A DNA stretch of 64,000 bases from Octopus vulgaris (GCA_951406725.2 OX597817.1:22940001-23004000), one strand, 5' to 3'. Shown: positions 38,251 to 53,618, numbered from the stretch's first letter. Translations and numbers: made by a program. Notes: a model not told the origin generated them from the letters alone.

Positions 38251-39789
38251 ATTGTTCGGCATGACAAATATTATTTCTCAGGAGACTAACAATTGTTATA
38301 TTGTTATAATATGGACTCTCGTCTCCTTGTATGTTATTGTCGGCGCTGTAATATTCTTGTTGCCACTATTATGTTCTGGCGTTATTCCACGTCTTATTAT
38401 CTTTGACTCGTCTATCCTGCTATCGTTGATAGCTCCGCAAAACAATGACTACGAAACGTCTACCTTGATGTTAACTCTAACTACTATATATCACGTAACT
38501 GACACTGACTCCAACTGAGAACTCGTACAACGACTCTACTACTAATGACCTCCTACAACGACTGACTGCCTGACTTTTACTCTTAAGTAAAAAGTGTTAC
38601 TTTCTGTTTTTGTTGTTTTAGTTTGCCGTCTCAGCACACACATTGATCCAGTCCTTTCCTGGCATTTAAAGGTTGAACATATCGTTCACAATTAATTTAT
38701 TATTATATCAATATTGTTATAAACAATATCGACTGTAGGTGTACTGACGGAATCAATAAGGCATCAGATAAAATACCTTTTATTGTATAGTTGTGGCTCA
38801 TTAGGTTCTTATTTCAAATCCTGTTTAGATCCGTATCCCCTTTTATCCTCCAGAATATAATACAATTAGCGTTCCAGTCAAGTTTTGAGATCGAATTTAT
38901 CAATTACCCACTCCTTGTAATGAATTATTAATATTATCGTAAACATTATTTATATTAATAAATACCAACCTCAGTATGGCACTAGTTACTTTATTTACAA
39001 GCTTGGATGAGGATGGCGATAGATTTGGAGCTAAGAACAGGTCGAATATTATTCATTACCAGAAGTTATATTGCCTGAGGCTCTGCCTATCCACCACGCT
39101 TGAAATTCCTTACACAGAGAAAATACTTCGAATTTAGGAGCGCAAAATAGTCGTTTATATTCCTCGATAGGTACTTTATTAAAGTTGTAAGAATGAATAG
39201 TTAAGTTCACTCCAGTGGTCTTATAACTAAGGCCATAGAGAACCAGAATAAATAAAACAAGCATTTTTCCCAACGCACTTACCACTCTATTACTTCACCA
39301 GCCTTTAATAGCTTGAATTGGTGCAAATGTACAAATTTAGTGGAAGGTGCTATTTAATTAATTCGGTAGCAGATCTTAACTGAAAGTTTATTTATCGATT
39401 CCAGCAGAATTAAAGGTTCAGTTGACTTCAACGCGCTTTGAGGTCAGAACTGTATGATGGGGCCAAATGCCACAAAGGAATTTGGAAGACTATGTAAAGA
39501 GTACAGAAGCTGGCTACCCGCATGGTTCTTGGTCTCACGCTCGGCTCAAAGTCTCTCTTGACCAGAAATGGCCTGAACTCTTTGCATGAACACCACCCTG
39601 TACATAACTCCATGTCCCCCTACATGGCCTTGCTTTTTGCTTTTTGAGCCAAAAATTTAACTTAACTTAATTCAACTTAACTTAACGATCCTACCCACAT
39701 TGATTAAAATCTTAATAATACCGCGAGAAATGCAATAGAAGTTGCCTGGCTTAATCGGTCGATCTGCGATTAAAATGTTTATTTGTAGT

Positions 39790-40115
39790 TTTCTTTCTAA
39801 CAGGCACTCTGTCAGTTACGGCCACGATGTTCCAGTTCATCCGACCAATGAAACAGCCTCCTCATGAAATTAACGTACAAGTGGCTGAGCACTCTGTAGA
39901 CACGCGTACTGTTTACATAACTCTCAGCCAGGTTCAGCATGACACAGAATGTGACAAGGCCGACCATTTGAATTACAGGTGCGACTAATTTTTGCCAGTT
40001 GAGTGGACTAGAACAACGTGAAATAAACTATTTTGCTCATGGACACAACACGCCTCCGGGAATCGAACAGATGGTCCTGCGATCATGACCCGATTACGCT
40101 AGCCATCAAGCCACG
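39790..40115 (-). mobile_element. tRNA-derived SINE, decayed
   Basis: Minus-strand head CGTGGCTTGATGG..GTTCGATTCCCGG. Body related to 2090-2340. Confidence 0.5.
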
Positions 40116-40848
40116 ATGCTACTAATCGTACCTTGTTTATTTGACGTTCCGGCCTCTATATTCAATCATATAAACCCCATTCAATAACTCGAGTCGATTT
40201 TATCAAATGTTCCCTCTATAATGAATTATTAAATCATTGTATTCGTGATGGAATCATTTAGATGAATCGTTAGAGCGTCGCAGAAAATGCCCTTTACTCA
40301 ATTTGCTCCAAGGTCAACTTGACATTTCGTTCTCTTACCACCGAGAGAAAAGATATATATTTAAAACCTTTTGTCATATTCAGTTGGCTGGCTCGTGCAA
40401 CCAACTAAATATCCTGTTTTGTACTTATTTCAGAAACCATTTATAATAATCAGTAAGAATAATGAGGCTGGATGATTTGGATAAGAACACCGGAGTTACA
40501 ATAGAAGTTTTAAGTACTGTCTTTGTACGGCCTCACCGAATGTTTCTTTACACTAGAGAATAGTGTAAAGGAAATACATGCTACTATTACTTGCAAATGA
40601 TGCGGAGGGTATCTCGCTGCTCCATTCACTCTGTTTAAGCATGAAAACCCTGTGATATGCGTGTTCCGGGGACATAAAAGACCCTCACCCTAACACTAAC
40701 CCCAGGGATTTTGCCTGTGATTTTCTTCATCGTGCGTCATCATGAAGGGATCTCTCATGGCTAAAAACGTAATATTCCTTGTTCTAACAAGACATCCACG
40801 AAGCCTTGTGAGTGGATTTGGCTGACGGAAACTGAAAGAAGTCTGCCG

Positions 40849-41596
<748 letters not shown>

Positions 41597-41663
41597 AATA
41601 AAAAAGACTGAAAAAACTACAGAAGGTTTGTGTTATAAGGTTATTAGTCTTCTGTGGCATCTT

Positions 41664-41780
<117 letters not shown>

Positions 41781-41901
41781 CGGTTTAAGTAATTGAGATT
41801 CAAGTGAGTTCTAATGAATTCACATGAATATGGTCCTTAACTAGGATGCACCGGAAATCTATATGGTGTTAACCATACGACAAAGTGGGGTGATTAGTTT
41901 T

Positions 41902-41981
<80 letters not shown>

Positions 41982-42628
41982 GTATATGTATACAAATATA
42001 TATATATATATATTTGTGTGTCTGTGTCTTTGTTTGTACCCTCACCACTACCATCGTTTGACAACCGATCTTTGTGTGTTTACATCCCCGTGACCCATTG
42101 GTTCGACAAAAGAGACCGGTAGAAGTACCAGGCTTACAAAAATTAAGTCCATGGGCCGATTCCTTCGACTAAAAGGCGGTGTTCCAGCATGGCCGCAGTC
42201 AAATGACTGAAACAAGTATAAGCGCAAAAGAATGAATGAATGAATACACATAGCAAGTATATACCTTTAAAACGTAGTTATTTTCGTTAGACGGTATAAG
42301 TAAATCTATCTTACGATGTTGTTGAACATAAAGAAGTAAAAGGATCATATCAGACTCTCAGCAAAGGTTTCATTTTTCTAAAGTTTGAAACATTATCTGA
42401 AAGCTATTAGTTGCTTGCAAATTTTATGTATCCGCCATTTCTGAAGTTTGAAATAATGCCAAGAAATAAACACAGACACAGGCACATGTACAGACATAGG
42501 CAAGCGCACAAATACGCGTGCGCTCACACACAGAGAGGCATACACACGCACACACAGTCACAATACGGATATATCTATATATATGTGTTCGTATGTGAGT
42601 TTTATACACACAATCACACAAATATATA

Positions 42629-43830
42629 CAGGGGTTGGACAAAATAATGGAAGCAACTTAAAATTTCAAACAAATTTATTTTACAGTTCTATATTTAAGA
42701 GATGAGGATTTATGTACATTATTTACATTATTTACATTATTTACATTATTTATATTTGACAGATATTTGTCCTCATCTTGTTTGCTGTTAACACAACGTT
42801 TCGGCTGATATATTCTCCAGCCTTCATCAGGTGTTTTGGGGAAATTTCGAACCTGGGTTTTTATTCCTAATGTAAATAATGTAAAAATGTATTTTAATAT
42901 GGGGTAGCACCGCCTTTGGCAGTAATTACAGCTTAAATTCTACTAGGTGTGGACTCGTACAAAGTTTGAATTGTTTCTAAGGGAATTTTTGTCCATTCTT
43001 CATCTAAAACAGTCTTCAGTTTTTATAGTGATGATATCGATCCCTTACTTGTTTTACTAAAATGCACCATAATGTGTAATAATATTGAGATCTGGGGACT
43101 GTGGTGGTCATACAAGATGTTCAACCTCATTAGGATGTTCCTCTTGCCATTCAGTAAGAATTTAGCTGTGTGAATTGGTGCATTATCATCCTGAAAGATT
43201 ATGTTACCATCTGGAAACAGTTCCACAAGCATAGGATGAATTTGATCAGATAAAATGCTTAAATATTCTTTACTATTCATTCTCCCACGAAGAGGCCGGC
43301 AGATTTCCAAAATATTGAGCTCCCAGCCCCTCGATCATCACAGATCCTCCTCCATGTTTAACAGAAGAAGGTCGTCTAGGTTAAATGGTTCTTTTCGTTG
43401 TCTCCACACGTATACTCGTATACTATGATCGGAAATAAAGTAAAGCATGACCTATCCGAGAAAATAACATTCTTCTACTGCTCCAAGGATCAATTCTGTA
43501 GGTTTTACTCTACTCTACATGCTTTGCACCCTTTGGTTTTGCAAGTATTGGTTTTCTGATTGCAGCCCTCCCGGGGAATCTGGCTTTGCGCAGCTCCCGG
43601 CAAATAGTTTTTGTAGAAACTGGGTTGTCAAGGTGGTCATTAAGCTCTGCAGTAATTTGGGGAGCTGTACTTTTGTGATCCTTTCTAACAATTTGCGTAA
43701 GAGTTCGACGGTCCCTGTCTGAATGTTTTACTTTTCATTCAGGGTTTTGTTCCAACGATGAGGTTTTTCCCTCTTTCTCAAAGTCTGTCATTACTTTCGA
43801 GGCAGTACTTCTTGATACGCCAAGCATTTC
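42629..43830 (-). mobile_element. Tc1-like DNA transposon remnant
   Basis: TA-CAGGGGTTGGACAAAATAATGG terminus. Minus-strand IFQDDNAPIHTAK and PPQSPDLNII motifs. Confidence 0.7.
42790..42835 (-). ncRNA. Minimal type I hammerhead ribozyme, canonical core
   Basis: Minus strand AACAC-CTGATGA-A-GGCTG gagaatatat CAGCC-GAAA-CG-TT-GTGTT, with palindromic stem III AACGTT. Confidence 0.78.
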
Positions 43831-44606
43831 CTTATAATATAAACTGCAATTAGCCAGAGAAAATATTTAGTTAAACTCTATATCTCGTGGTCTTAGAATA
43901 AAGAAGCGCCTATATGATAATAGCAACGATTCCTTTGAAATGCTTTCTCACAATTATTATATATATATTATTACCAATAGCAAATCAGTTTATTTAAATT
44001 AAAAATTTGTCCGAGACACATACAAGAAATTTACACCATCTGTTTTTGGCTGAATGGAAGCGGTGTACATATAATAATAAAGAAATACAATGAAGAACAT
44101 ATGCAAAATGGTAATTGTAGATATTGTCACTACAACTCCCAAATCTTTATTTGTTAATCGACCAAATACGATAATAATCAGTTTACTCGTACCTTAACCA
44201 AGATAATTCTCTCGTCATATAACATGCGATTTTAAGGAGGAAATTAAATACAGCACTAAATCCAAAACTAAATGTTTTAATTTCAAGAGTAAAAGTGGGT
44301 TAAGCAAATGGCACGTACGTGTCTTTCTCGACATAAATTACGTTCAATATATTCTCAACTAGCTCAAAAGCTGCCCAATAAGGCTTTTAAGCTTCCTCCT
44401 GATGAGGGCTCCTCATTGGGCCTTGAGCCCAATAATGACACTTCATGCTTTGTGTACATATTAAATTTTTATTAAACTTGACCAATATTTTTAGTCAAAA
44501 CAATGATATAAATTGTGGACTTGGAACGTATTGCAAAGCTTCATGATAAACAGTTTTTGTCTTCCCATACGGGGGTCTGTACAATTTTTTTTCTGTCTAA
44601 CCTCTT

Positions 44607-44654
<48 letters not shown>

Positions 44655-44693
44655 TCTTTGTGTTAATAGTTTTCAACCATCACCATCAACAGT

Positions 44694-45079
44694 ACCTATT
44701 TCTTTATTACCCACAAAGGGACAAACACAGAGGGGACAAACAAGGACAGACAAACAGATTAAGTCGATTACATCGACCCCAGTGCGTAACTGGTACTTAC
44801 TTAATCGACCCCGAAAGGATGAAAGGCAAAGTCGACCTCGGTGGAATTTGAACTCAGAATGTAGCGACAGACCTATTTCTTTACTACCCACAAGGGGCTA
44901 AACACAGAGAGGACAAACAAGGACAGACAAACGGATTAAGTCGATTATATCGACCCCAGTGCGTAACTAGTCCTTAATTTATCGACCCCGAAAGGATGAA
45001 AGGCAAAGTCGACCTCGGCGGAATTTGAACTCACAACGTAACGACAGACGAAATACCGCTAAGCATTTCGCCCGGCGTG
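44694..45079 (-). mobile_element. Two tandem SINE family B copies
   Basis: 44694-44872 and 44871-45079 are near-identical reverse complements of 2575-2810. Confidence 0.8.
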
Positions 45080-46234
45080 AACAGTACCGTCACCATCGCC
45101 ACCACAACTGCCATACTCACACCTTTCAGACTTCTCACACCACCAGCATCAACACCTTTGACTTCGCCGCTTTCCCCTCCACCACCAACACCACTGCCTT
45201 TCACATTTTTTACTATCACCGTCATGCTTGACCGCCTCAGCTACCACAACCATCACCGTCGCCTCCGGCTCGCTCACATCTACAGCCCATATTATTACTA
45301 TCACCCCATTACCATCTGAACTGTCATAGAGTAAAGAAACAAATATAAAGTAAAGAAACAAATCTACTACCACCCTCACTATCTCTATGCTTACTATTAC
45401 TCTCTCCCCAGCAAGAGGAGAAGAAATGTCATTGAAAAGTGAGAGAAGGGGTCAAAGTAACACTGAGATACAGAAATACGTTATGGTATTTATTATTATA
45501 GATAGTGTCCTCCTAATTACGTCATTGCCGCTCTCTGTCTCTCTCCCTCTCTCTGTATGTTTGTACGTAAGTGTTTGTCTCCATGTATATTTCTATGCTT
45601 GATATATATGTACACACACACAGAAAACAAATTCATTTCATTTCACACGGATAGAGATATAGGAAAACAAAAATTGAAAATGCACTGAGATTAGTTAGAA
45701 TATTCTATATTAATATATTTAAAGCTCTAACCGGTTTTACAGTTTACACTGATTTTCAAAAAGTTGAAGTAGAAAGACGTGGTTTATGTCACAGCTGTTT
45801 TGCTTCTGAACACCGCATTGGTGGATAGAATTTCTTTATTTCTGCATCAAGGCTACCATATGTTAAGAAAAATGTCATATCTTATAAAAATTTTAAGCTG
45901 AACGCATGTAGGAACGGTTTTCATCTCCATTTTTCACAAAAATATGAAGTATCGGGGATTTTGCGGAGATTCTCGTATTATATTCTGTGCTGATGAAGAG
46001 AAATGACCCAGAAGTCGCGATACACAGATATTGTTTTGTGCTGACTTTTCGAAAATAAAAGGTTACATATAGCATGTCGTATAACCAGCAGAAGATTATG
46101 TTTCCTTGGGCTAAATAATAGTACCATTCATCCTAATCAGGACTATCACATTATGTTGGCAAATAATATTTTACAATTAATGTTTCTCGTTGAGAGATTT
46201 ACAAATAGTAATTTTCTATTTCATATATATATTA

Positions 46235-46529
46235 CTCATTTACTCTTTCACACATTTTACTCATTTGACTGCGGCCGTACTGGAGCATCGCTTTAAAGGG
46301 TTTAAGTCGAAGAAATCTGTCCGAGGACTTATGCTTTGTAAATCTAATCCTTAGTCTATCGATCTTTATCGCTGATTCGCTATGTTATGGGGACATAAAC
46401 ACATCACCATCGGTTGTCAAGCGATGGCGTAGGAAGCAAACACAAACAAAAAGGCATGCACACATAACTACATACACACGCGCGCGCACACACAGACTCA
46501 TACACACACACAGACTCATACACACACAC

Positions 46530-46571
<42 letters not shown>

Positions 46572-46730
46572 CGACGTGCCTCTTTCAGTTTCTGTCTACC
46601 AAATCCACTCTTAAAGCTTTGGTTGACTCAAGGCTTTAGTTGAAGACACTTGCCTTAAGTGCCACACGATGGGAGTGAACCGGGAACCATGTGGTTGCGA
46701 AGCAAGCTTCTTACCACACAGCTACGTCTA
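46235..46730 (-). mobile_element. SINE family C copy
   Basis: Reverse-complement similarity to 21556-21985 throughout. Confidence 0.7.
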
Positions 46731-47221
46731 TTCCACCTATATTTGTACTTTTATGTTTACTCACCCATTTAGGATTTGTCTTTGGTGTCTGTCTGGCTCT
46801 CCGGTTCACTTTGCCTGCCTATCTTTCCCTGTGTATTTTAACCAATGATTACTTGCTCATGACAGTAAATTCTTACCGAATAAAACACTAATAATCGAAC
46901 GCGTTGTCAGACGCAAAGAAGCGTAATAATGTTTATGTCTATTGCTTTTGTATAATGAATTATGTTTCTATATATTCTAATTATTATTGATTTCTGTGAT
47001 CAATTATCATTATCATTATCATTATCAGCATTAATTATTTAAAAACATACTGCTGTTCGCTTTCCCGCCAGTGTGTTTGTACCATAAATTTTATTAATTT
47101 TTTCATGTTTCTGTTCCGATGTTCCAGAGAAGATTCATCGATTATATTCACATACTCAATGTCATAGTTGTGGTGGTGCTGATGTTGCTGTTGTTTAGAG
47201 CAGAGATGCTGAGGAACTTAC

Positions 47222-47513
47222 TGATGTGAAGGGGAGTTGATGTTTGTGACTGTGCCGTTCTTATTGCTGTTGTCTGTTGTAGCGTTGATGCTGATATAAA
47301 TAGATCTACTTGTCCTAATGACAGTGGTTGAAAAGCAGTAGCATAAATTATCATTGACCGATCATGTAATCCATTATAGAATGAATCCATGAAATCTCAA
47401 GGATACATTGAGTGGAACATCGACTTGCTTTCCTCTTAAGTGTAGATATAGTAACAGAAGCCCTAGATCTGATTGCAGCAGATACGAGGACTGAGACACG
47501 TAATGTGGTTTGC
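47222..47513 (-). other. Candidate host-gene exon (292 bp)
   Basis: Minus-strand acceptor TTTCTTTCTATTTTCAG| and donor |GTAAGT flank unique sequence. The ATG at 47390 opens a frame running through the donor. No recognisable homology. Confidence 0.3.
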
Positions 47514-48210
47514 CTGAAAATAGAAAGAAATGATTAAATTTCGTTGGAAATAAATAACCGTGGAAGGTTCTCTTTGTACATAGCGAAGTTAAATTGATCC
47601 TAAGTTAGCTTCCACGATGGGCATATTTTTTCTTCAAATGCATTAGTGAATAGTTAGATACGTGATGGTAGAATCCCTGATATATAAACTCGCAATTGTA
47701 CTCGGATCTGAGTGTGGTAAAGTGGTTCTGGAGAGTCGACAATAGTACAAAAACTAAGTAAGAAAGTGGATACTAAAACTTGGGAGGAAGTTCTCTCCAT
47801 GGCTTTTTCTTTTCTCTTTGTTTCTTTCTGTAGAAGAGCGTAGACTCGAATCGTTAAAGTTCACTTACGTATTTCCTGAATATTGAAACTAATACACGCT
47901 ATTTGTTTTTCTTTCGCTTTCCTAATATTCTCGTACAATTTTGGCAGCATTTCTTCAACAAGTTGACATGGCAACATATTGTATAATAAAGGATGTTGCT
48001 GAGCATTGCACAAGCACTTCGATTATCTATCGTATACCTCAAAGAGAAACAATGATTCAGTTTGATAGATGTCTAATGCTTTTAAATTGAATTTATAGTC
48101 CAACCTATGGGCTTCCATAGAATTCCTGTTTTCTTAATACTCATAAAAGTGGAAATAAACTGAGACTCTTGGAAGAATATGAACATACATACATACGTAT
48201 ATACATACAT

Positions 48211-48286
<76 letters not shown>

Positions 48287-50219
48287 TATACATCTATATA
48301 TATATATTCCATAGCAATACCTTCCACCACATTCTCAGTTTATCTATTTATCGATCTATCTATCAATATATATATTTTATATTATATAATTATATATGTA
48401 TATGTATATGTGTGTATGTGTATATAATATGGGTAATAACTTTATAGTTTGCTTTTCAAAGCGTTGTTTGAGTATCAGCAACGAGATGTTATAATGCAGT
48501 ACGATCTCTCCTTTTCCTGGATATATATGTGGAAATCCGTGAATATCAGTTTAGATTATATGAAAATATTTGAATATAACATTCAATGAACAGGTTGTAT
48601 TAAAAATCACTACAACTGTTTCGGTGCATCGATATTAGCTGGTAATTGCAAAAATTTACATGTTGTCATGGCATAATGCATTAAAATGATAAAGCAATAG
48701 CTGTATGCATTCATATTTTCAGGTGAGTAGAGTACTAAGAATTAATCATCTTCAGTTTCTCTCTGAGTTATATTCACACCACTGTTAAATTTACTAATGT
48801 ATATAATGTACACAATTCCTCATCTCTTAAATATAGAACTGTACTCCTTAGATTTCATTGATGGCGGTTTGCCAATTGGATACATGTATATAAAATTTGA
48901 CAGTACTCTCTTCATGTGGAGTAAACAGTGTTGTCTCCAGAAAGGGCCACCACATACCGATTGATGTTGTCATTTCCAGATAATTATCATGCGACCAAAC
49001 CCACTGACTGCCTGAAAACAGGACTGTACTACAGCTTCCAGTGACATATTGCACCTGCCGTTTTCGCAAAGATCCCGTCACTAAAGAGCTTGAGAAGGCG
49101 TAATCGAGGTTGTGGATGTAGAAATATCTTCACGCCTAATCAATGGAGATTTCAGTAGGGTGCTATATGGGCAGTACTCTCTCAACCCTATAAAGCCAGG
49201 ATTCATCAGCTATGGCCAAGTAGGCTGAGAGAGTGACAGCTAGGTCCTAGGTCAATGAACCCATTCTCTTAGTCAGGGTCTTTTGCAGAGCATAAAATGT
49301 CTCCATGCACCACGCTAAGAACGGCTAGTTATCTCACAGCTAGGACCGTGACGGGTACTAAAATAAGATATATATCTGTAAGCAAAATAGCTAATTGTAA
49401 AATCTCAAGAACAGATCAGAGTAGTAATATACTAGAAGCAGAGTCAGTCGCCACATCAAAAAAGCTTTTCCAATTTGCTACTAGTTTAACCCTAGGTTGA
49501 TGCTCCGCCAGCTGGTTATCGGTGCGACTCTGCACCCTTTACATACAACATATATTGTTAGCAGGGGGTGGGGCAACACCTACCACTCTCTAGCAGGTAA
49601 CAGGATCGCAAGACTGACCCAGTTTCGAGATATTTTGCTCATCCTAGTCGCGAGCACCTGTCCGCCATGCTAAAGTGGGGTAGATATTCGCTCCCCCTAC
49701 TAACAATATATATTGTACACATTGTACATATATTGCACCGATAACCTCTTGGCGGAGAATCTGCCTTGAGTTGAACTAGTAGTAACATGGAAAAGCCACT
49801 TTGGTGAGGCGACTGCTTTTACTTTATATATGTAATGAGGATTATAATTATAATTAAGGGTACGAGATAGTACCAGTATTGCTAGAAATAAGAGTCGAAA
49901 AATACTTAAATAAGCCACAATATTACTGAAAATTTAACGTATTACTTTGAATGAACAAGTTATATTAAAAACCATTACAATTGATTCGGTGCATCTATAT
50001 GAGCAGGTAATTGCCGGAATTTACATGTTTTCACAGCATAATGCATTAATATGATAAAACAGTAGCTGCATGCATTCATATTTTAAAGTGAGTAGAGTAC
50101 TATCAAGCACTTTTAATTATGAATATATATATAATTATAATAATAATTATCAATTTATAAATGTATCTTTTTGACTGTTAAGCTTGCTAGCCACTTCTAT
50201 TAATGTTATTATTGTTGTT

Positions 50220-50278
<59 letters not shown>

Positions 50279-50283
50279 CATCA

Positions 50284-50345
<62 letters not shown>

Positions 50346-50809
50346 TAATAATAAAGTCTTAATTGTGTATAATTATACATCTCCATCGTTTGAATTTGGC
50401 GCTAGTCTTTCGGCACTAGTCTCACAAAGATATTAACAAGCACTACGAAGCAATCATTACTTTAATCCCAGGCAGCTAGTCCACTGATGAGGACTAACAG
50501 TAATATCTCAGAGTTACAAATCAAGTGATGTTATTATAGATGTAAATACGTTTGCATCTTTCTCCCTCAATAGGTAGGTTGGCTTTTTACTCGCTCCTCG
50601 ATTGTGTCAGCATATTAAATTTTCAAGGAAATTGTGGGTGCAGTATGTTCCGACTCTTATTACTAGTAAAGTTGGTACTATCTCTTACTCTTAATTATAA
50701 TTATAATTATAATTATAAATTTATATATTCATCATTTTTTATGCTTGCTAGCCACTTACATCAGTATCATTTTTTCATAATAGTATCATCATATATACAT
50801 ACATATATA

Positions 50810-52078
50810 GCGGGCTGAGTGAAAAGTAAGCAACCTTTTGAAACATGAAATTCACCATAATATATTTCATATACGCGGAAATTTTATTCATCACAGGGAG
50901 TACTATTACAATCAACACATTTATGCTGACGAGTTACAAGTTTGTTTATTCCAGTAATATAAAAACCTGTAGTTTTGAAGCTGATGAAGTCTTTGAACGC
51001 ACTTTCAGCAAAGGTTGGATTTTTGATCAGCTTCTCTCACAGAAAACCATCAAGGTACTTGAAAAGTGGTTCTCGGTAGGAGAAAGGTCTGAGGAATAAG
51101 CTGGTTGAGGAAGAAATTCGTAGTCAAGTTCCCTCAACATCTGTAGCGTCATTAGTAAAACGTGTGATCGAGCATTGTCATGAAGAATGATTAGGTCTCT
51201 TCTCTTGACAACTCTGAGACAGAGGAGTAGCATTTTTTCGTTCATTTTGACAATTTCATGGCAATATTTCTACAGTAATGTTTTTTCTGGGTTTTATGAA
51301 GTTATAGTGGGTGAGTCCAGCAGTACACTACCGACCAGTTACCATACGATTCTATTGAAAAAGCTCGGGTTTAGGGAAGATCTCCCGTGCTTCACAACCA
51401 ATACGTAGAATAGTTTTTCTTATTGTACAGAATCCATGTTTCATCGCAAGTTACAAAACGGGCGAGAAAAGGATCGGCCTGAGAAGTGACGGGTAAATTT
51501 CATATCTGCGCATTTCTGATTTTCATTCGAGTCGTGTGGTATCCGTTTGTCGAGCTTTAATCTATTTTCTGATTTTCCGATCGCATACAAATGGTTGCCG
51601 GCAGTTTCCTGGATAACATGAAGTTCTTATGCCAGTTCTCGAGTGGTTTTACGTGGATCTTTCTCCATGAAGATCTTTAACTGACAGTCTTCGATGACAG
51701 ATGGGAGTCCATTACGCTCACGTTCTTCAAGGTTCAGGTCTCTACTGTAAAATTGTTTAAACCATTTTCGAGTTGACCACTCACTGGTCATTTCCTCACC
51801 CTTTTGTTGATATCGTGAGCAGTTTCAAATGCTTTATGTATTTTTATGGAGTTGAATAGCAAAATTGCTGTAATATCGCACTTTGACAGTTCAAGTTCAG
51901 ACGATTGTACTAACAGTGGAAAAAATATCAATGTTAATTCATCGATGCATTTGGGAAAATCTGTGTCTGTATTATCAGACAGTTGCAAAAGAAATGTTTT
52001 AAAAAAAGTAATAACTGTACAAAAATCTGGTACAAATGCTTCATGGATCAAAACGTTGCTTACTTTTTACTCAACCTG

Positions 52079-52079
<1 letters not shown>
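50810..52079 (-). mobile_element. Full-length decayed mariner element (~1.27 kb)
   Basis: Imperfect TIRs (CGGGCTGAGTGAAAAGTAAGCAAC / GTTGCTTACTTTTTACTCAACCTG) with TA flanks. Transposase motifs ELSKCDITAILL, VTCDETWILYN, LHDNARSH and PAYSSDLSPTENHF. Confidence 0.85.
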
Positions 52080-52110
<31 letters not shown>

Positions 52111-53581
52111 ATGTGTGTGTGTATGTATGTATGCATACACACAGACACACGCACACTTACATATATACTTAAACGTACATATACATGCATGCATATATAC
52201 ATATCGTACATTCAAACTCACCCGCGTGCACACATATATGACATCTGCCCGCTTATGACTGGAATATCATAATTCTGACGATGATCCATTCAAAATACTA
52301 ACATTACCAGTGCATAACGTTAGGGTTCCAGCAGTCGGCTACACCCGAATTCGCGTCCATTGCTTCCAGGTTCACTGCTGGATCGGTATCGGATAATTGC
52401 CCCTCTGGTGATTGCACAACCTCAAATTTTTGGTTCAATATGGCTTGCACACCCACCTTCATACTGACCCTCTCCGGCGTACTGTCATGATCCAGAGACA
52501 AACCAAATCAAGGTAACTCCTGACAGTGTGGGTTTCAAGCTTAAGAATATGAAAGCTCAATGATCTAGGAAATGATAAGGAAAAAGTTCAATGCCATTTC
52601 CTGTATATCTGGTTTTGTGATCTACTCCCAGGAGTGACTTTCTCCATGAGACTTGATTTCACAGCAGCTAAGGCATGTGTTACTGCCAGCAGTCTTCCAC
52701 CAACACAAAATTTCTGAGGGCCCGTGCTACAGGTAGATTGTTATGAAAACTACGATACGTATAACGAAACTTTCGACAGGACTTGTTTTCAATAATATTG
52801 GGATGCTAGCAACACTCTTCATCAGAAAAGTTTGTGGGGGTGGCCGGTTTAGGCATCGACAACCCGACAATGAAAAACGTTCTACTAAATTCCATGATAC
52901 CAGTGGCAATCATGAGGGTCTTCACAAGTGACCTCAAATAATATATACATGTGTGCATGTTTGTGGGTGTACTCGCGCAGGGCCGCCGCTCAACCTCTGC
53001 CACCTCTGCGGTCGAAGGTTGACGGGCCCCATGTACATAGATGTTCAAAGTACATAGATGATCCATCTATTTACTTTACACAGAAAGTCCTTAATCCGTT
53101 ATCAGTTATTAACCAAATATTATTACTCAGTTTTGTACCGTTAATGATAAGTTTTAGAACTTTCCATGTTGGCGGTGCCCGCGAAAAGTTCGCAGAATAT
53201 AGGGCCGAGGGCAATCAAAACAACACAGAACAGTACAGACTAGACATATGAAAGTGAATAAATGTGATTGAAGACAAGCAAAATATAGCCTCAGCGTTAA
53301 AAGGATCAGAGTGGTGGGTAACGCTTGAATAATATATGTATATGTATGCATATATATAGTGAGAATTTACGAAAAACAAAAAAAAAATCAGAAGAAGAAG
53401 GATGTGTAAACAGCAAATAGATGTATTAGTTTAACTCTCGGGGAGTGAGAAACGAAACTGTATTATGTTTCGAACCTACGCTCTTCGACAGAAAGAAAAA
53501 CAGAAATAAACAGGGAGAGAAAATATATTTATATATTTATACATATATATATATATATATTTATATGTATATATATATGCT

Positions 53582-53618
<37 letters not shown>

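Noticed and set aside
44399-44435. CTGATGA-GGGCTC..GAGCCC hammerhead-like start
   Set aside because: Followed by AATAA rather than GAAA, with no stem I or III. At best a dead remnant.
50477-50500. CTGATGAG inside a TAGTCC/GGACTA hairpin
   Set aside because: No GAAA or three-way junction.
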